From positions 558,001 through 622,000 of the forward strand of contig CM074811.1 in the NCBI GenBank assembly GCA_037447605.1: 64,000 nucleotides of DNA, given 5' to 3'. Each line of letters starts with the position of its first letter. The first letter of the stretch is position 1. The notes under the pieces were generated by a model. The model worked only from the letters and a program-made list of their open reading frames with translations, was not told the origin of the DNA and did not search any database. Both the position numbers and the translations under genes were made by a program. Origin of the DNA: Zygnema circumcarinatum SAG 698-1b (taxonomy: Eukaryota; Plantae; Zygnematophyceae). Of this stretch, positions 1-14,639 are shown piece by piece.

Positions 1-377
1 AAAAAGAGAAGGGAGGGAAACTTCGCGAGAGTAGAATGGAGAGACGAGGGAAGAGACGGAGAGGGCAACAAATGTGGGAGGGAAAGGTAAGACTGGGAGG
101 ACATGATAGAATGAAAGGGATAAGTAACTTGAAGGGAACACGAGCACAGGGAGGCGAAAGAAAGGAACAAATCAATCTAATAAAAATTACATCTTAAACG
201 ACTCCACCAAATGTGCAAAACACGCTGTTCCCAAGTACGAGTAAAATTGACGGAACTTGAAATTTAAATTCAGTTCAGTTCAAAAGCGAAAATAAGAAGT
301 TTAGTAATAGTTAAAATTCACCAGAAGAAAAAATTGACCACCAAGAAATTTTAAATTCTCAAATATTCTCTCCTTAC

Positions 378-575
378 AGATGAGATTGCGCTGGAACTGA
401 AGCTCCTCCGCCACTCTCCCGCGAATGCAGCACTCTTCTCCTCCGTCCCGAACCCTAGAACAGCCCCTTCCTCCGCTGCCAATGGTGCTGAACCCTGCAG
501 AGCTGCAAGCGGCCATGGCTGCCGCGCAGAAACCCTTAAAGCCAGCCTTGAAACGCCCCGTAGCCGGGCAGCCAT
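378..575 (-). CDS. First exon of a gene continuing off the left edge; encodes a mitochondrial-presequence-like N-terminus, product unknown
   Basis: ATG at 575 gives 66 codons, MAARLRGVSRLALRVSARQPW...WRRSFSSSAISS. It is Arg/Ala/Ser/Leu-rich and ends in an RRSFSS cleavage-like motif, followed by a phase-0 donor TCT|GTAAGG at 377. Confidence 0.6.
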
Positions 576-816
576 GGCGATTACACGGGGTAGGAAAGTG
601 AGAGGGGTAGTGGAGGGCTGTAAGGGTAGGGAGAAGAAAAGAAGACCAGCCCTCTCTCTTTCCCCCTCTCTCTCCCTCTGGTGTCCCTCTCCACTCCCTC
701 AACTCTCTCCCTCTCTCTCACCCCCACTCTGAACTCAACCTCACGCTCTCGCTAATTCCCTCTCGCACGGAATATCTTTCTGTCTCGCTTCACAATTATG
801 TGGGTTGGGAGAGGTT

Positions 817-818
<2 letters not shown>

Positions 819-869
<51 letters not shown>
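819..869. repeat. (GA)n microsatellite
   Basis: Uninterrupted AG dinucleotide run. Confidence 0.95.
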
Positions 870-874
<5 letters not shown>

Positions 875-1704
875 GGGGGGAGTGGGTGGAAGCGAAAGCG
901 CACCGAGAGAGTCGAGAAAGCACGCGAGAAGTCATGCTTATGCGGTGTTAGTGTTAGTGTCGCTTTTGCTGAGTCAGCGTATGGCGAACGCTGAGCTGGT
1001 GACCTGCCAGCTCAGTAGAAACGGGCAGTAAAAATGTTATTTTTCAGAAGCGGTCAGACCGTCCTTAAACTTTGGAGCCAATAGGAAACGAGGCACGAGG
1101 CTTCGTCGAAACGATAGAAAATGTTTGGGTTTCGGGCAGTGGATGTTTGTTTTTGGTATTTTGGCCAGAGATATTTTTTGAAGTAAATGGAAACGTTTTT
1201 GTTCGACCGTACGTTGTTTGAAAGGAATGTTACTGGCGGAAAGTCCCAAAATGCTCTGCCCGAGATTTTTACGGCCAATGACCACTCTCCGACTGCAGGA
1301 GGAAAAAAGGTTTTATTGTTTGTGAATTTTTACGGTCAGAGAAAGTTTAATTTGACAGTTTTTGTTTGGCCAACTTATCTTTTGTGTGCTACAACAATCT
1401 TTTGGATATTGCCAAATTATAAAAAGTAACCTGCAAATTAGTGAATGTGTTACGATTTGTGTCTTCAAACCTCTTGAAAAGTACTAATTCTGTATGATGA
1501 ACCATCAATTGTGTGGTGTTAAGAAAAACCGTTTAGCTGGCGTTAATCAGTTCCTGTCTCAGTAAAAACTGTGCGTCATAGAACGCCGGATCCTCGAAAA
1601 CCTGAACCTTCAAACCTGGACTTTCTTCTATAATGTTGTTCGACCAGTTCAACTTTTCCGGCAGATCCATTTCTTCAACAGTTCAACAAAGTTCAAATTT
1701 TCTC

Positions 1705-2247
1705 GGAGAACTATATACCCCCCCCCCTTATGGTTATCCCGCCCCTGTTTTTTTGGAATCCCACTCTCCCATTTTGGCTATTCCGCCCCCTCCCATTTTG
1801 GTTACCCCCCCCATTTTGGATATTTCGGGAGGAGATTCTGCTCTTTCTCTGTCGCTCCTTTGCTCTCTCCTCTAGTCTCTCTCTCCTCTACTCTCTCCTC
1901 TCTACTCTCTCCTATGCTCTCACTCCTCTCTCTCTCTCCTCTAGTCTCTCTCCTCTGCTCTTCAAGAGAGAGAGAGAGAGGGAGAGAGAGAGAGAGCCGA
2001 GAAGAGAGGGAGAGTGAGATAAACTCTTTCTCTCACTCCCTTTCTTCTCTGCTCTGCTCCCTCTTTGCGCATGTCTTTACGGACGTTGCGCTGATGGTGA
2101 GAAGGAGAAAACAAGGAGGGAATGTCCAAAGTAAGGGGCGGGATACCCCAAAATGGGAGGGGGCGGAATAGCCAAAATGGGAGAGTGGGATTTCAAAAAA
2201 AAACAGGGGCGGGATAACCAAAAAAAGGGGGCGGTATATAGTTCTCC
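1705..2247. mobile_element. Non-autonomous TIR element (MITE; Mutator- or hAT-like) with ~100-bp TIRs and a CT/GA low-complexity interior
   Basis: Starts GGAGAACTATATACC and ends GGTATATAGTTCTCC. The inverted match continues inward through GGTTATCCCGCCCCTGTTTT...CCCACTCTCCCATTTTGGCTATTCCGCCCCCTCCCATTTTGG. Flanks ATTTTCTC (1697-1704) and TTTTTCTC (2248-2255) match 7/8, consistent with a TSD. Confidence 0.75.
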
Positions 2248-3224
2248 TTTTTCTCCTGACAGTTTGAGCATCTTGCTCTCCTATCCTTCATCATACATTC
2301 CTAATAATGGCTTTTTAGGATTTTGAAGGTTTTTGCCGTTTTTAGTGGAGTTTTAGGGTAAAAACCCATGAGCAAAAATGTCTCATCACCAACCAACAAA
2401 TCCCCATTTCTCACATGCCGCACATGGAACGTTTCACCATCAACTAACAAAACCCCATTTCTCACATGCCCCACATGTAGCCCCTTTGCAAAGAAGGGCC
2501 TCGTTGGAGTAGTAAGCGCTCTGTACAGTATGGTCCTCTCGGGGACAACCAATCACAGGCCGTCGTCTCTCACAGTCCTCCAATCACAGGCAGGCCCGGC
2601 CTGCAGTCTCCGCCTTTGCGGCTGCTTCTGCCTATCACTCAGTAGTAAGGCTCGGCCTGCTTATTGCTTGGCTGCTCAGAGTAACAACGAATAAATTTCT
2701 GACTAGTAGATATTTACTCCTCAATCGGTCTGCCTCGAGGTCAAAGTCGTAGTGAATGTCAAAGTTAAAAGGGTCAGAGTCAAACCTTCCTAAGCGATGC
2801 TAGCTGCGGGAGGTTACCTATGCACTAACTCGAGTCTTAGAGACAGTTCTTTTAAGCTTAAATGATCAGCAAAGGGTGGGGGGGTCAAAAAGCAGTATCC
2901 TGTTAGTATGCAGCCGCGCAGAAAGGAGGCCATGAGAGAGCTCATCAGCTTAGCTGTAAAAAGAAGGGGGAGGGAGCGGGAAGACAGGGGATGAGGGAGA
3001 TGCAAGAGAGAGTGAGAGAGAGAGGACGAAAGATGGGGTGGTTGAGAGAGGGACATGGAAAGGGAGCGGGAGGGAAGGAGAGGGTACGCAGAGGGGGAGA
3101 GGAAGCCATGGGAGGCCACCCTTCTACTTTGACTGCAATAGAAATTTGAGCTAAAGGCAACGTAGCCTTCTTGGTGGTGAAGTCGAACCCCTTATCACCT
3201 TATTGAGGCGAGTCGCTTATTTTA

Positions 3225-6093
3225 TCAATATCCCAAAACGCTTTTGGGGAAGGCCATAATCTTCTTTAATGACGCAGGAGAAAACTTTCTGGCGAACAAC
3301 CAGCAGACAGATTTTTTGTGATTGTGAAAGCATGGAGTGGGACCCGACTGCAAGTTTCTGTGCTTTGTGTCGACCTCCTCCTTTTGAAGGCCCAAAATTA
3401 GACGCTCCGTCACCTCCTCATCTTGGTACAGTTTGGGGTGTGCCCCTTGCGCCTCCCAGTCTGTGCTCATAACGGTACGGTTTGCCACGTGCGATGGGTC
3501 CTTAATATAGAGAATGGTTTGGAGGAGGTTTTCGTCAAGTACGCAAGCATCGGAGTTCGCCTTTTTGCAATAGATAGCTCCCATCTCATAGTATTTCCAG
3601 TCGGCTACGAGCATGCGGGCGTGTCTGAAACATGCATATGTATGTACACACAGTTCAGTATACGAAATGAAGGATTGGGAGAACTGAAGTGAACAGTTTG
3701 GTTCAATTTCGACCTTTTGATAATGTCTTTTGCTGCTATGTCAGAGACTCAAACAACCCCTGCCAAACAAAAGAGACTGAAGAGGGAGAGAGAGTGGGGG
3801 CGAGAGGGAGAAGGAGTGTGAAAGCGCGAGAGACAAGGGGGGAAAGAGAGAGCGTTAGAGAGAGAGAAAAGAGAGTGTGTGAGTGAGAGTGGTAGAGAGG
3901 AAAAACTCACTTTCGAGAAAACTCGCTCCAAGCTTCTCCGTGCCGCCATTTGGCCATAACGGGCCGCCCTATGTAATCCAACCCAATTTTCGTTTCCCGA
4001 ATAGTTTTGTGGGGACCCCCGTTAAAGCTCGCTTTCGACTTTAGGAGGTATCTGTAGATGAAGCTGAAGTTCCGTATGGGAATATCTCTCTCACTTACAA
4101 GAATAAAGCGAGCATTGTACGGATCAAGGAGTGCACTTGCCAGTAGTCGCTGAAAAAGCACAAAAGAAACAGTCAGATTGTAGGGCTTGTGATTTTGCTC
4201 CAAGGGCTGACGTCATCATCATACGTCATCAGCAGCTTTTACGCACCCAAAATCCAGCAAATAACGACGAACTATTGGTTAAAAAACTGAGGAACTGGAG
4301 TGGGGGGATTGGAGAGTGAGAGAGGACAAGGAGGAAACTCACTTTAAAAGCATCAATGACACTGATAGTTCCCCAATACACCATCCGACTTCGAATTTGT
4401 CGCCCAAAGAAGGGTTCGTGAACGTTCCGGAAACGAAAACTTGGGCGAGTATGCACATAGATTGAGTATTTCCCCTCCTTGCCTTTGAAGAAACGCTGCC
4501 ATAGGGGACTGAAAGGCATTGGCCCCCGAGTTAAGAAGAGGAATGCGATCTTTAGGGGCTTATCCATAGTCTTAAGCTTTCCCGACTTGAGAGGAGCCAT
4601 TTGATTGTCATATGGTGAAGTCACTTTCAACGATTCCACGAACAAAGCGCAGTCACGGAGGTCGATTGTGCTGTCTCGAAATCTGGCAACAGCATTCACT
4701 CTAGAGCTGCAGTGCAGGGCAGGAAAAAAATAGGGCTAGTATTCAGAGGGGCAGAAAGGGGAGGGGGAGGGGGAGGGGGAGGGGGAGGGGGAGGGGGAGA
4801 AGGAGAACGTGCATGTATTTATCATCGCGGGAGGAGAGAACGAGAGAAAGAGATGAAGGGAGGGGGAAAGGGACGAGAGGTCGCCGAGTAATCCGGTAAC
4901 CCTAAAGGTTGAGAGATTGTTCAGAGGACATTTTCAAAACTATAAACCCTAAAAATCTACGCTTATGGGAGCCAAGCTCAACAATCTTTCTCCCTGAAGA
5001 CGGCGAGCCTACGCTTTGTTCAAATGATAAGTATGATCATCCCCAGAGCCCTAAAATCCCTTCCAAACAGGGCTACCCAGCTCACATACTGATATGGGTT
5101 GCAAAATAAACTAAGACATACCTGTTGACTGGAGGAATAGGCCGAGGAGGAGAAGGCCTTCCTCCGCCAACCATGTCCGGCTTGTTTGCACACATCCATG
5201 GATCGTCGGGAACTTGAAACCCAAGTGAGCTGCTGTACCGCAGCAGCTCATCAACTGTGAAGGGCAGTTTCATATCATCAGAGTAACCTTCTGAGTCCAC
5301 AAAAAGAACCTCTCTTCCGTCGTTGCCAGCGCTTAGCCCTTCTGAAGGTGACCTGAATCTAGCAGAAGTCACACTAAATTTCCGGTCGCTTAAAGCTTCG
5401 ACAGAGCGACGCTTCATCTCCGTGGTTTTATGTTTATGTAAAGCCACAGACGACCTATTCAGCTGAAGCTCTGATTCGTGATAAAGCTCTTTAATACCTG
5501 CTTGAAAAGACGTTTTATGATCTGTAAGCAAAACAGGTGGGAGGTAGAAAACAAAAGTAAATCACTTTAGTTTCTGGGGTTTCGACAACATTCCTACTCC
5601 GTCCTGAAACAGCTTAGTTGCGGGTACATAAGCTCCACATGCAGGAGCTGCACCTTCGCCATTTGCTTTTGAAAGTTTTCACTCCCCTACAACAACATGT
5701 AACCCTAAATCTTTGACTTAACCAACCGAAACAACAGGTTGGCAACATGTCCAGTTGACCGCCCAGAGTGATCTACAATTCCCCAAAACCTACATAACCA
5801 CTTTTTAAAGCCGACCCTCTTTGTGCTTAACCCACCCCACCACCAACCATACATGACCTAAAACAATAATATGTAGCAAAACCCCATCCGGGCTCCATAC
5901 TGCCACAATTACCCACGTCACAATTGAAGAAACTGAACTGAAAAAATGCACTTGCAGACTAACCTGCAAGTGCGTCTTGGATGTCGTCCGCCTCGGGCCC
6001 TTTGAAGGAGCTGCTGTGCTTTGTGAGCAGGACGTGACCGCAGAGGAGGCCAAAGAGGGAGAGGAGACCAATGTACACTCCCGCTGCTTTCAT
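3225..6093 (-). CDS. Core-2/I-branching beta-1,6-GlcNAc-transferase family (GT14-like, DUF266/BC10-type) type II membrane glycosyltransferase, ~510 aa, 5 exons
   Basis: Exons 5964-6093, 5122-5521, 4343-4706, 3911-4149, 3225-3624; all GT-AG and phase-consistent. N-terminal anchor MKAAGVYIGLLSLFGLLCGHVLL. Family motifs KIAFLFLTRGPMPFSPLWQRFF, YSIYVH, RLLASALLDPYNARFILVSE, CVLDE, ANRTVMSTDW..GAHP, CWLFARKF. Confidence 0.9.
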
Positions 6094-7711
6094 CGTAGGG
6101 AGAGAGAGAGAGAGAGAGGGAGGGGGAGGGGAGGCAGGCGACGGCCTACATGGTGGCAGGGAGGGAGGGAGGGGGCTGGGAGAAAAAGGGGGAAATAGGG
6201 CTCACATGACGGGGAGGGAAGGTGGAGGGAGGGCAAAAACGCGTGTTTGGGAAAGAGACGGAGGTTAAGAGGAGCATGGGAGTGAGGGAGAGAGGGAGCG
6301 AGGGACGGAGGGGGCGAGAAAGGGAGGGAGGGAGAGGGGTGAGAGAGGGAGAGGGATAGGGATAGGCAGCGACGCAGGAGGAGGGATGTGGACGAGGGAG
6401 CCGACCAAGCGAAGGGAGGAAGCCGGGGAGGGAGACGCGCGGGTAATCGCGACGGAGATGGATATGAAGTGCGCGGACGGTGAGAGACAGAGACAGAGAG
6501 GGTGAGAGAGACAGAGAGGGAGGCGGAGAGAGAGAGAGCGCGTCTCTGTTGCACGTACGCCGCCAGTCGGCCTCGTCTCAACCGGGACGGCCACCCGGCG
6601 GCCCCTCCATGGCCGCCCCCCTTCAGCACGTGCCACCCTGGCCCCCCGGGAGGCCGCGTGGCGCGCAGAGGGAGCCCGGGCGGGGGAGCATCTTTTGCCT
6701 CGACTCAGAAGTTCTATGTGGGCGACACTGTTCACCGTCGCGTTGAACTTTACGGAACGGAAGATCGCGTCACCGACACCGACTTCTACCGGCGCGCGGT
6801 TACGCTTTCAACGGCCACTTGGCGGCGGGAACCGGATCGTGTGTGAACAGCGATACACTGAACGTCGTTCTAAAGGGGCTCGTCCAAGTGTGAAAAATTC
6901 AAGGAACAGCCAATGGGGGTTGGTCACGTGTACATTGTTTTAGACGTGTCGATTTATTATTGGACGATTGACAATACGGTGGTGCGGTTAGCAGGCATGT
7001 CACCGCCCGCCTGTCACGGAAGGGCTGGAAAGGGCGGAAGGCGCGAGACCGGCTGTCAAGGCCCAAGGGCGGGACCGCCAATTACTGAACGCCACGTGGT
7101 GCTTGACTGCAGAAGGCTTCACCGTACTTGCGCCACGTGGCATTTCCACTGTTTCCGGCTTTCTGGTTCTGACACGTGGATCTACACTCTTCGTCCTACA
7201 GTCTCAATCCGTACACACGCCTTTGGAAACATAAAAAACAGCTCTGACGAGACTTGACCAATTACAGCCTGCCACGTAAGTCAAAAATCCTACATGGCGT
7301 TCACTGATTGGCGTAACGATGTCACGTTAGAAACGACAGCATAGAGCCCCGACCGGGCCCCAGTGGGCGCGCTTGGAGCAAAAGCGCGGCGAGCAGGCGA
7401 ACGCGCGGCGCTGATTGGATGCCGTGATTCCTGGACACGTGTGAGGCACGCGGGAGCTCCGATTGCGCTGGCCGCCTGCACGTGGCGCTCGCTAGCGCAA
7501 AACGACAAGTCCCGAGATAATTATGTCCGACACATGTGGACGGATTCGGGGCGGCGCCAGATTCGGTCGGTCGGGCCAAAGTTCTCGAACTTTTTGACGA
7601 GTCCGGTTTTTGGAATCTGTAATTTACACACCTTCTTGGAAAGATACCACAGTTCGGACCAGTGGATCGGCAACCATTGGACAACCATTGGATGGCAATG
7701 GTTGGACGTCT

Positions 7712-7945
7712 ACTGGTTGGCAATCAGTCGACTGGTTGCCAACCAGTGGATGCCACTGGTTGGCAATCAGTCGACTGGTTGCCAACCAGTGGATGCAACT
7801 GGTTGGCAACCAGTCGAATGGTTGTTTCGGTCCGCAACCACTGGTTGGCAACCAGTCGACTGGTGTGGAACCAGTGGATGCCACTGGTTGGCAACCAGTC
7901 GAATGGTTGTTTCGATCTGGCGGCACTGGTTGGCAACCAGTCGAA
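7712..7945. repeat. Array of ~9 copies of the 17-bp palindrome ACTGGTTG(G/C)CAACCAGT (left block)
   Basis: Copies start at about 7712, 7731, 7755, 7774, 7798, 7840, 7859, 7883 and 7925, with linkers CG, GGATGCC or CGAATGGTTGTTTCG.... Confidence 0.9.
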
Positions 7946-7986
7946 TGGTTATATCCATTAAATCACATGGTTGGTAACCATTAAAT

Positions 7987-9449
7987 CACTAGTTGTAGCG
8001 AACTGAACGCTACAGTTACCAAAATGCCGTCGGCGTTTCGGAGAAAACTATTACGGTTCGGCCGTACAAAATCCCCGTACAACCGTACGATTATGCTGTA
8101 CGAATCCGTACGTATCTGTACGCATCAGGCTTGTTACACTAGTTGTCAACGGTTGGCAACCAACCAAAAAACACAAACGACCCATTTTTGCAAAAGGATA
8201 ATGATACAGCGGCCCCAGTTTTTGGATATCGGCGCCCCCTTTTGGGAAAAAATGTACTTTTTTTTTTTGGCTAATCACCCCCCCTTGGATCTTTCGGGAG
8301 GAGAGATCTTGTAGTCAATCGGACCCCGCGCCTCGCGCGCAGGATCCGACCGTACACCGACGTACGGCGCCGCGCATCGCGGCGTGGCCCGCGAGATGTG
8401 GCGAGCCTACGGAAACGTTGTCCTCACCTGACCCTTTTGGGTCAGAGGTTGCCACGTGGCAGTCTTCCATTGGACAGCCCTGCTGCCGGTCCCCCATGCC
8501 GATACAGTGGACCCCCATAATATTTTCGCCATGTTTTCGGCAAATACTGGGCGAAAATATTGTAATTTGCAAATATAAGGTCCGTGTTACCAATAGGCGA
8601 GCGGTATTATGGTAGAGTTCATGTCTGTTCGTACGTATCGTATCGTATTGTATCGTACCATGATTTAGATACACGAGCTCCTATTGGCGCCGTACGTATA
8701 CCGTACGAATTAGAGATTTTATTCGTACTTTTCGTACAGCGTAAAAGCGTGGCCCATGTTTGAAATCCGTTTCGATTAACAGATTTTGTATTGGAGAATA
8801 GGTGAGGTTAGGTTAACACCCCTAATACGTTAACATTGAGTTACCGTACAAAGAGGTGGTTTCGGCAAAATCGGGGCGAATTTCTTGGGGACGCACTGTA
8901 CAAGGTGGAAAATATTATGGAGGTCCACTGTATCGGCATGGGGGACCGGCAGCAGGGCTGTCCAATGGTAGACTGCCACGTGGCAACCTCTGACCCAAAA
9001 GGGTCAGGTGAGGACAACGTTTCCGTAGGCTCGCCACATCTCGCGGGCCACGCCGCGATGCGCGGCGCCGTACGTCGGTGCACTGTCGGATCCTGCGCGC
9101 GAGGCGCGGGGTCCGATTGTCTACAAGATCTCTCCTCCCGAAAGATCCAAGGGGGGAGTGATTAGCCAAAAAAAAAAAGTACATTTTTTCCCAAAAGGGG
9201 GCGCCGATATCCAAAAAGTGGGGCCGCTGTATCATTATCCTTTTGCAAAAATGGGTCGTTTGTGTTTTTTGGTTGGTTGCCAACCGTTGACAACTAGTGT
9301 AACAAGCCTGATGCGTACAGATACGTACGGATTCGTACAGCATAATCGTACGGTTGTACGGGGATTTTGTACGGCCGAACCGTAATAGTTTTCTCCGAAA
9401 CGCCGACGGCATTTTGGTAACTGTAGCGTTCAGTTCGCTACAACTAGTG
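7987..9449. mobile_element. CACTA-ended fold-back element (non-autonomous EnSpm/CMC-like) with ~540-bp inverted arms and a ~380-bp spacer
   Basis: Begins CACTAGTTGTAGCG (7987) and ends CGCTACAACTAGTG (9449). Arms 7987-8527 and 8908-9449 are reverse complements with about half a dozen differences seen by eye. Dense CCGTAC/CGTACG subterminal motifs. TSD cannot be checked because the right end abuts the N gap. Confidence 0.8.
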
Positions 9450-9459
9450 NNNNNNNNNN
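9450..9459. other. Assembly gap (10 N); further gaps at 23861-23870 and 30731-30740
   Basis: Runs of n in the sequence. Confidence 1.
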
Positions 9460-9507
9460 GCAAAAAGGCATAATTTCAGAAATTCAATGGTTGCCAACCA
9501 TTGGATC

Positions 9508-9745
9508 ACTGGTTCCGAACCAGTCGAATGGTTGTTTCAGTCCTGCGCCACTGGTTCGCAACCAGTCGAATGGTTGTTTCGATCCGGCGGCACTGGTTGC
9601 CAACCAGTCGAATGGTTGCCAACCAGTGGCATCCACTGGTTCCAAACCAGTCGACTGGTTGCCAACCAGTGGCATCCACTGGTTGGCAACCAGTCGAATG
9701 GTTGTTTCGGTCCGCAACCACTGGTTGCCAACCAGTCGACTGGTT
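9508..9745. repeat. Right block of the 17-bp palindrome array (~8-9 copies)
   Basis: ACTGGTT(G/C)(C/G)(C/A)AACCAGT units at about 9508, 9550, 9592, 9611, 9635, 9654, 9678 and 9720. Shares CAGTCGAATGGTTGTTTCGGTCCGCAACCACTGGTTG with the left block. Confidence 0.9.
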
Positions 9746-11382
9746 TGTCTAATGGTCCGATCTGTGAAAGATACACACTTTTTGGCTGAGTAAAAGGCCC
9801 TAAATCTGACCGGCGAAAATAAAGGTGTGCATATAGCCACAAAAGGTGTGTACATAGAGATTCCAGGCTGTTTTTACCCAGTTTTAAGAAAATTAGTCAA
9901 AAGGGCTTGACAAAATTTCTTGCAGTACTTTACGGCCAGTTCAGTCCACACCACCAGTTCCACCACCGCACATGGAACCTTGTTCGTACAAGAGGAGGAG
10001 TGGAGCCCAAGGATGAGAGCTCGTGGTTTGTTGTTGGTGGTTTGCATGCATGCTCTGACCCATGCCATGAAGACCCATGCCATGACGACCCATGCCATGC
10101 CATTTGTACATGGCACAAATGAGGAGTCCGTAAATTGTCCGCAACTACCATTCCTTCTCTTCCTCGCTCCCTCCCTCTATCCTACCCTCCCTCTCTCTTC
10201 TCTTTCTCCCTCTTTAGGTCCCCCCCTCCTCCCCTCTCTCCCTCCCTCCCTTTTCTCCCACCCTCGACCTCACTCTGTCCAACTTTCTTTCTTCCACTCT
10301 CCCTCTATCCATCTCCCACTTCTCCCTCTCTACGTATTTACTGGCATCCCTTTTTTCTCCCACTCTCTGCATCCCCACACTCTCTCATTTAGGCGTTTGG
10401 TTGACTCCATAATCCCGAACCTAAGGTTCGGCAAAGCAATCGTTATCAGTATCGGCCGAATTTCGTTTTCGCAATACTGAAAACCAGTTTTTCGTCAAAT
10501 AATTTTGTGAAGTCTGACACCCCGGCCTCAGAAACCGCGAGAACTCAGCCACGTCAGCATCTGGCCAATCGGAGCCCCCGGTCAGCCGCAAAATTTCCCG
10601 GTTTTCCGCCGTTGCGTGGACGGACGGTCAAGACCAGCCGCCTTGCCGTACGGTTTTGGCCTTGTCGTTTTCGGGAGCCCATGATGGGCTGCCGTACGAT
10701 CCTGAGTGACTCCAAGCGCCTCCAACAGAAAGCGACAAAACAAACATTGACTTTGGGTCACGCTGGTACGTTACGTTTCCTCGGGTGTACACGTGATACA
10801 TCTAACGGCTGTAATCTCGCATGGGGAAATCCAACGGTTGTAGTTCTACGTGACAGGCGGGCCTGTATTTTCTGCTGTGCGTTTGGTACATGCAGCGACT
10901 CCGCGCTCGCCACGTGGCATGGAGGTCAGCCGCTAGGGCCACCACTTCCTAGTTCGGGAGCGCGTAATTCCATGCGGGCCACAGCATGGAACATGCAGTT
11001 TAACTACCGCAGTGCTAACAGCAACACTGTCACGTCACGCCCGGGACTGGAACGGGTGGAAGGGGAACTGGCTGGAGTGGAGACAGGGAGATGGGGGGGG
11101 GGAATGGAGGACTTCCTCCCAAACCCTAATCACCAAAAATTCAATCCACACGCAAAACTTTGCCTGAAACATTGCACTGGATGTGTGTGAATAACGCATC
11201 ACATTGTACAACAACAACAACAATTATCTGGGTCCTCTGACAGGACAGTCATATATAACCCTAAAAGCAAGACGGGCACAGCTAGTTCCCCATATAACGT
11301 AACGAATGTACAATACACTCAGTCCGCTCCTCCTCCCTCCCTAACCCAGCACATAAGAGCAGGAACAAACTACCCAATAAGA

Positions 11383-14639
<3,257 letters not shown>

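Larger units (their letters stand above)
7611..9865. mobile_element. Outer non-autonomous element with imperfect ~23-bp TIRs carrying a palindrome array; interrupted by the CACTA-ended element and an N gap
   Basis: Left TGGAATCTGTAATTTACACACCTT (7611) versus reverse complement of the right end, TGGAATCTCTATGTACACACCTT (9843-9865). The same repeat array runs in the same orientation on both sides of the insert. No clear TSD. Confidence 0.5.

Noticed and set aside
6502-6846. 114-aa ORF with a protein-like tail (FYVGDTVHRRVELYGTEDRVTDTDFYRR)
   Set aside because: No recognisable motif and no supporting splice structure; the N-terminal half is low-complexity. It cannot be supported without a search.
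7090-7490. Cluster of CACGTG G-boxes as a specific regulatory module
   Set aside because: GCCACGTGGC-type motifs are frequent throughout the window, including inside the transposon and exons, so the cluster cannot be tied to a gene.
7712-9745. CRISPR array interpretation of the palindromic repeats
   Set aside because: Linkers are 2-25 bp and recur rather than being unique 30-40-bp spacers; there are no cas genes and the context is eukaryotic.
7006-10861. 13-bp inverted match CCCGCCTGTCACG (7006-7018) / CGTGACAGGCGGG (10849-10861) as the ends of a larger element
   Set aside because: Short, does not extend in either direction, and has no TSD.
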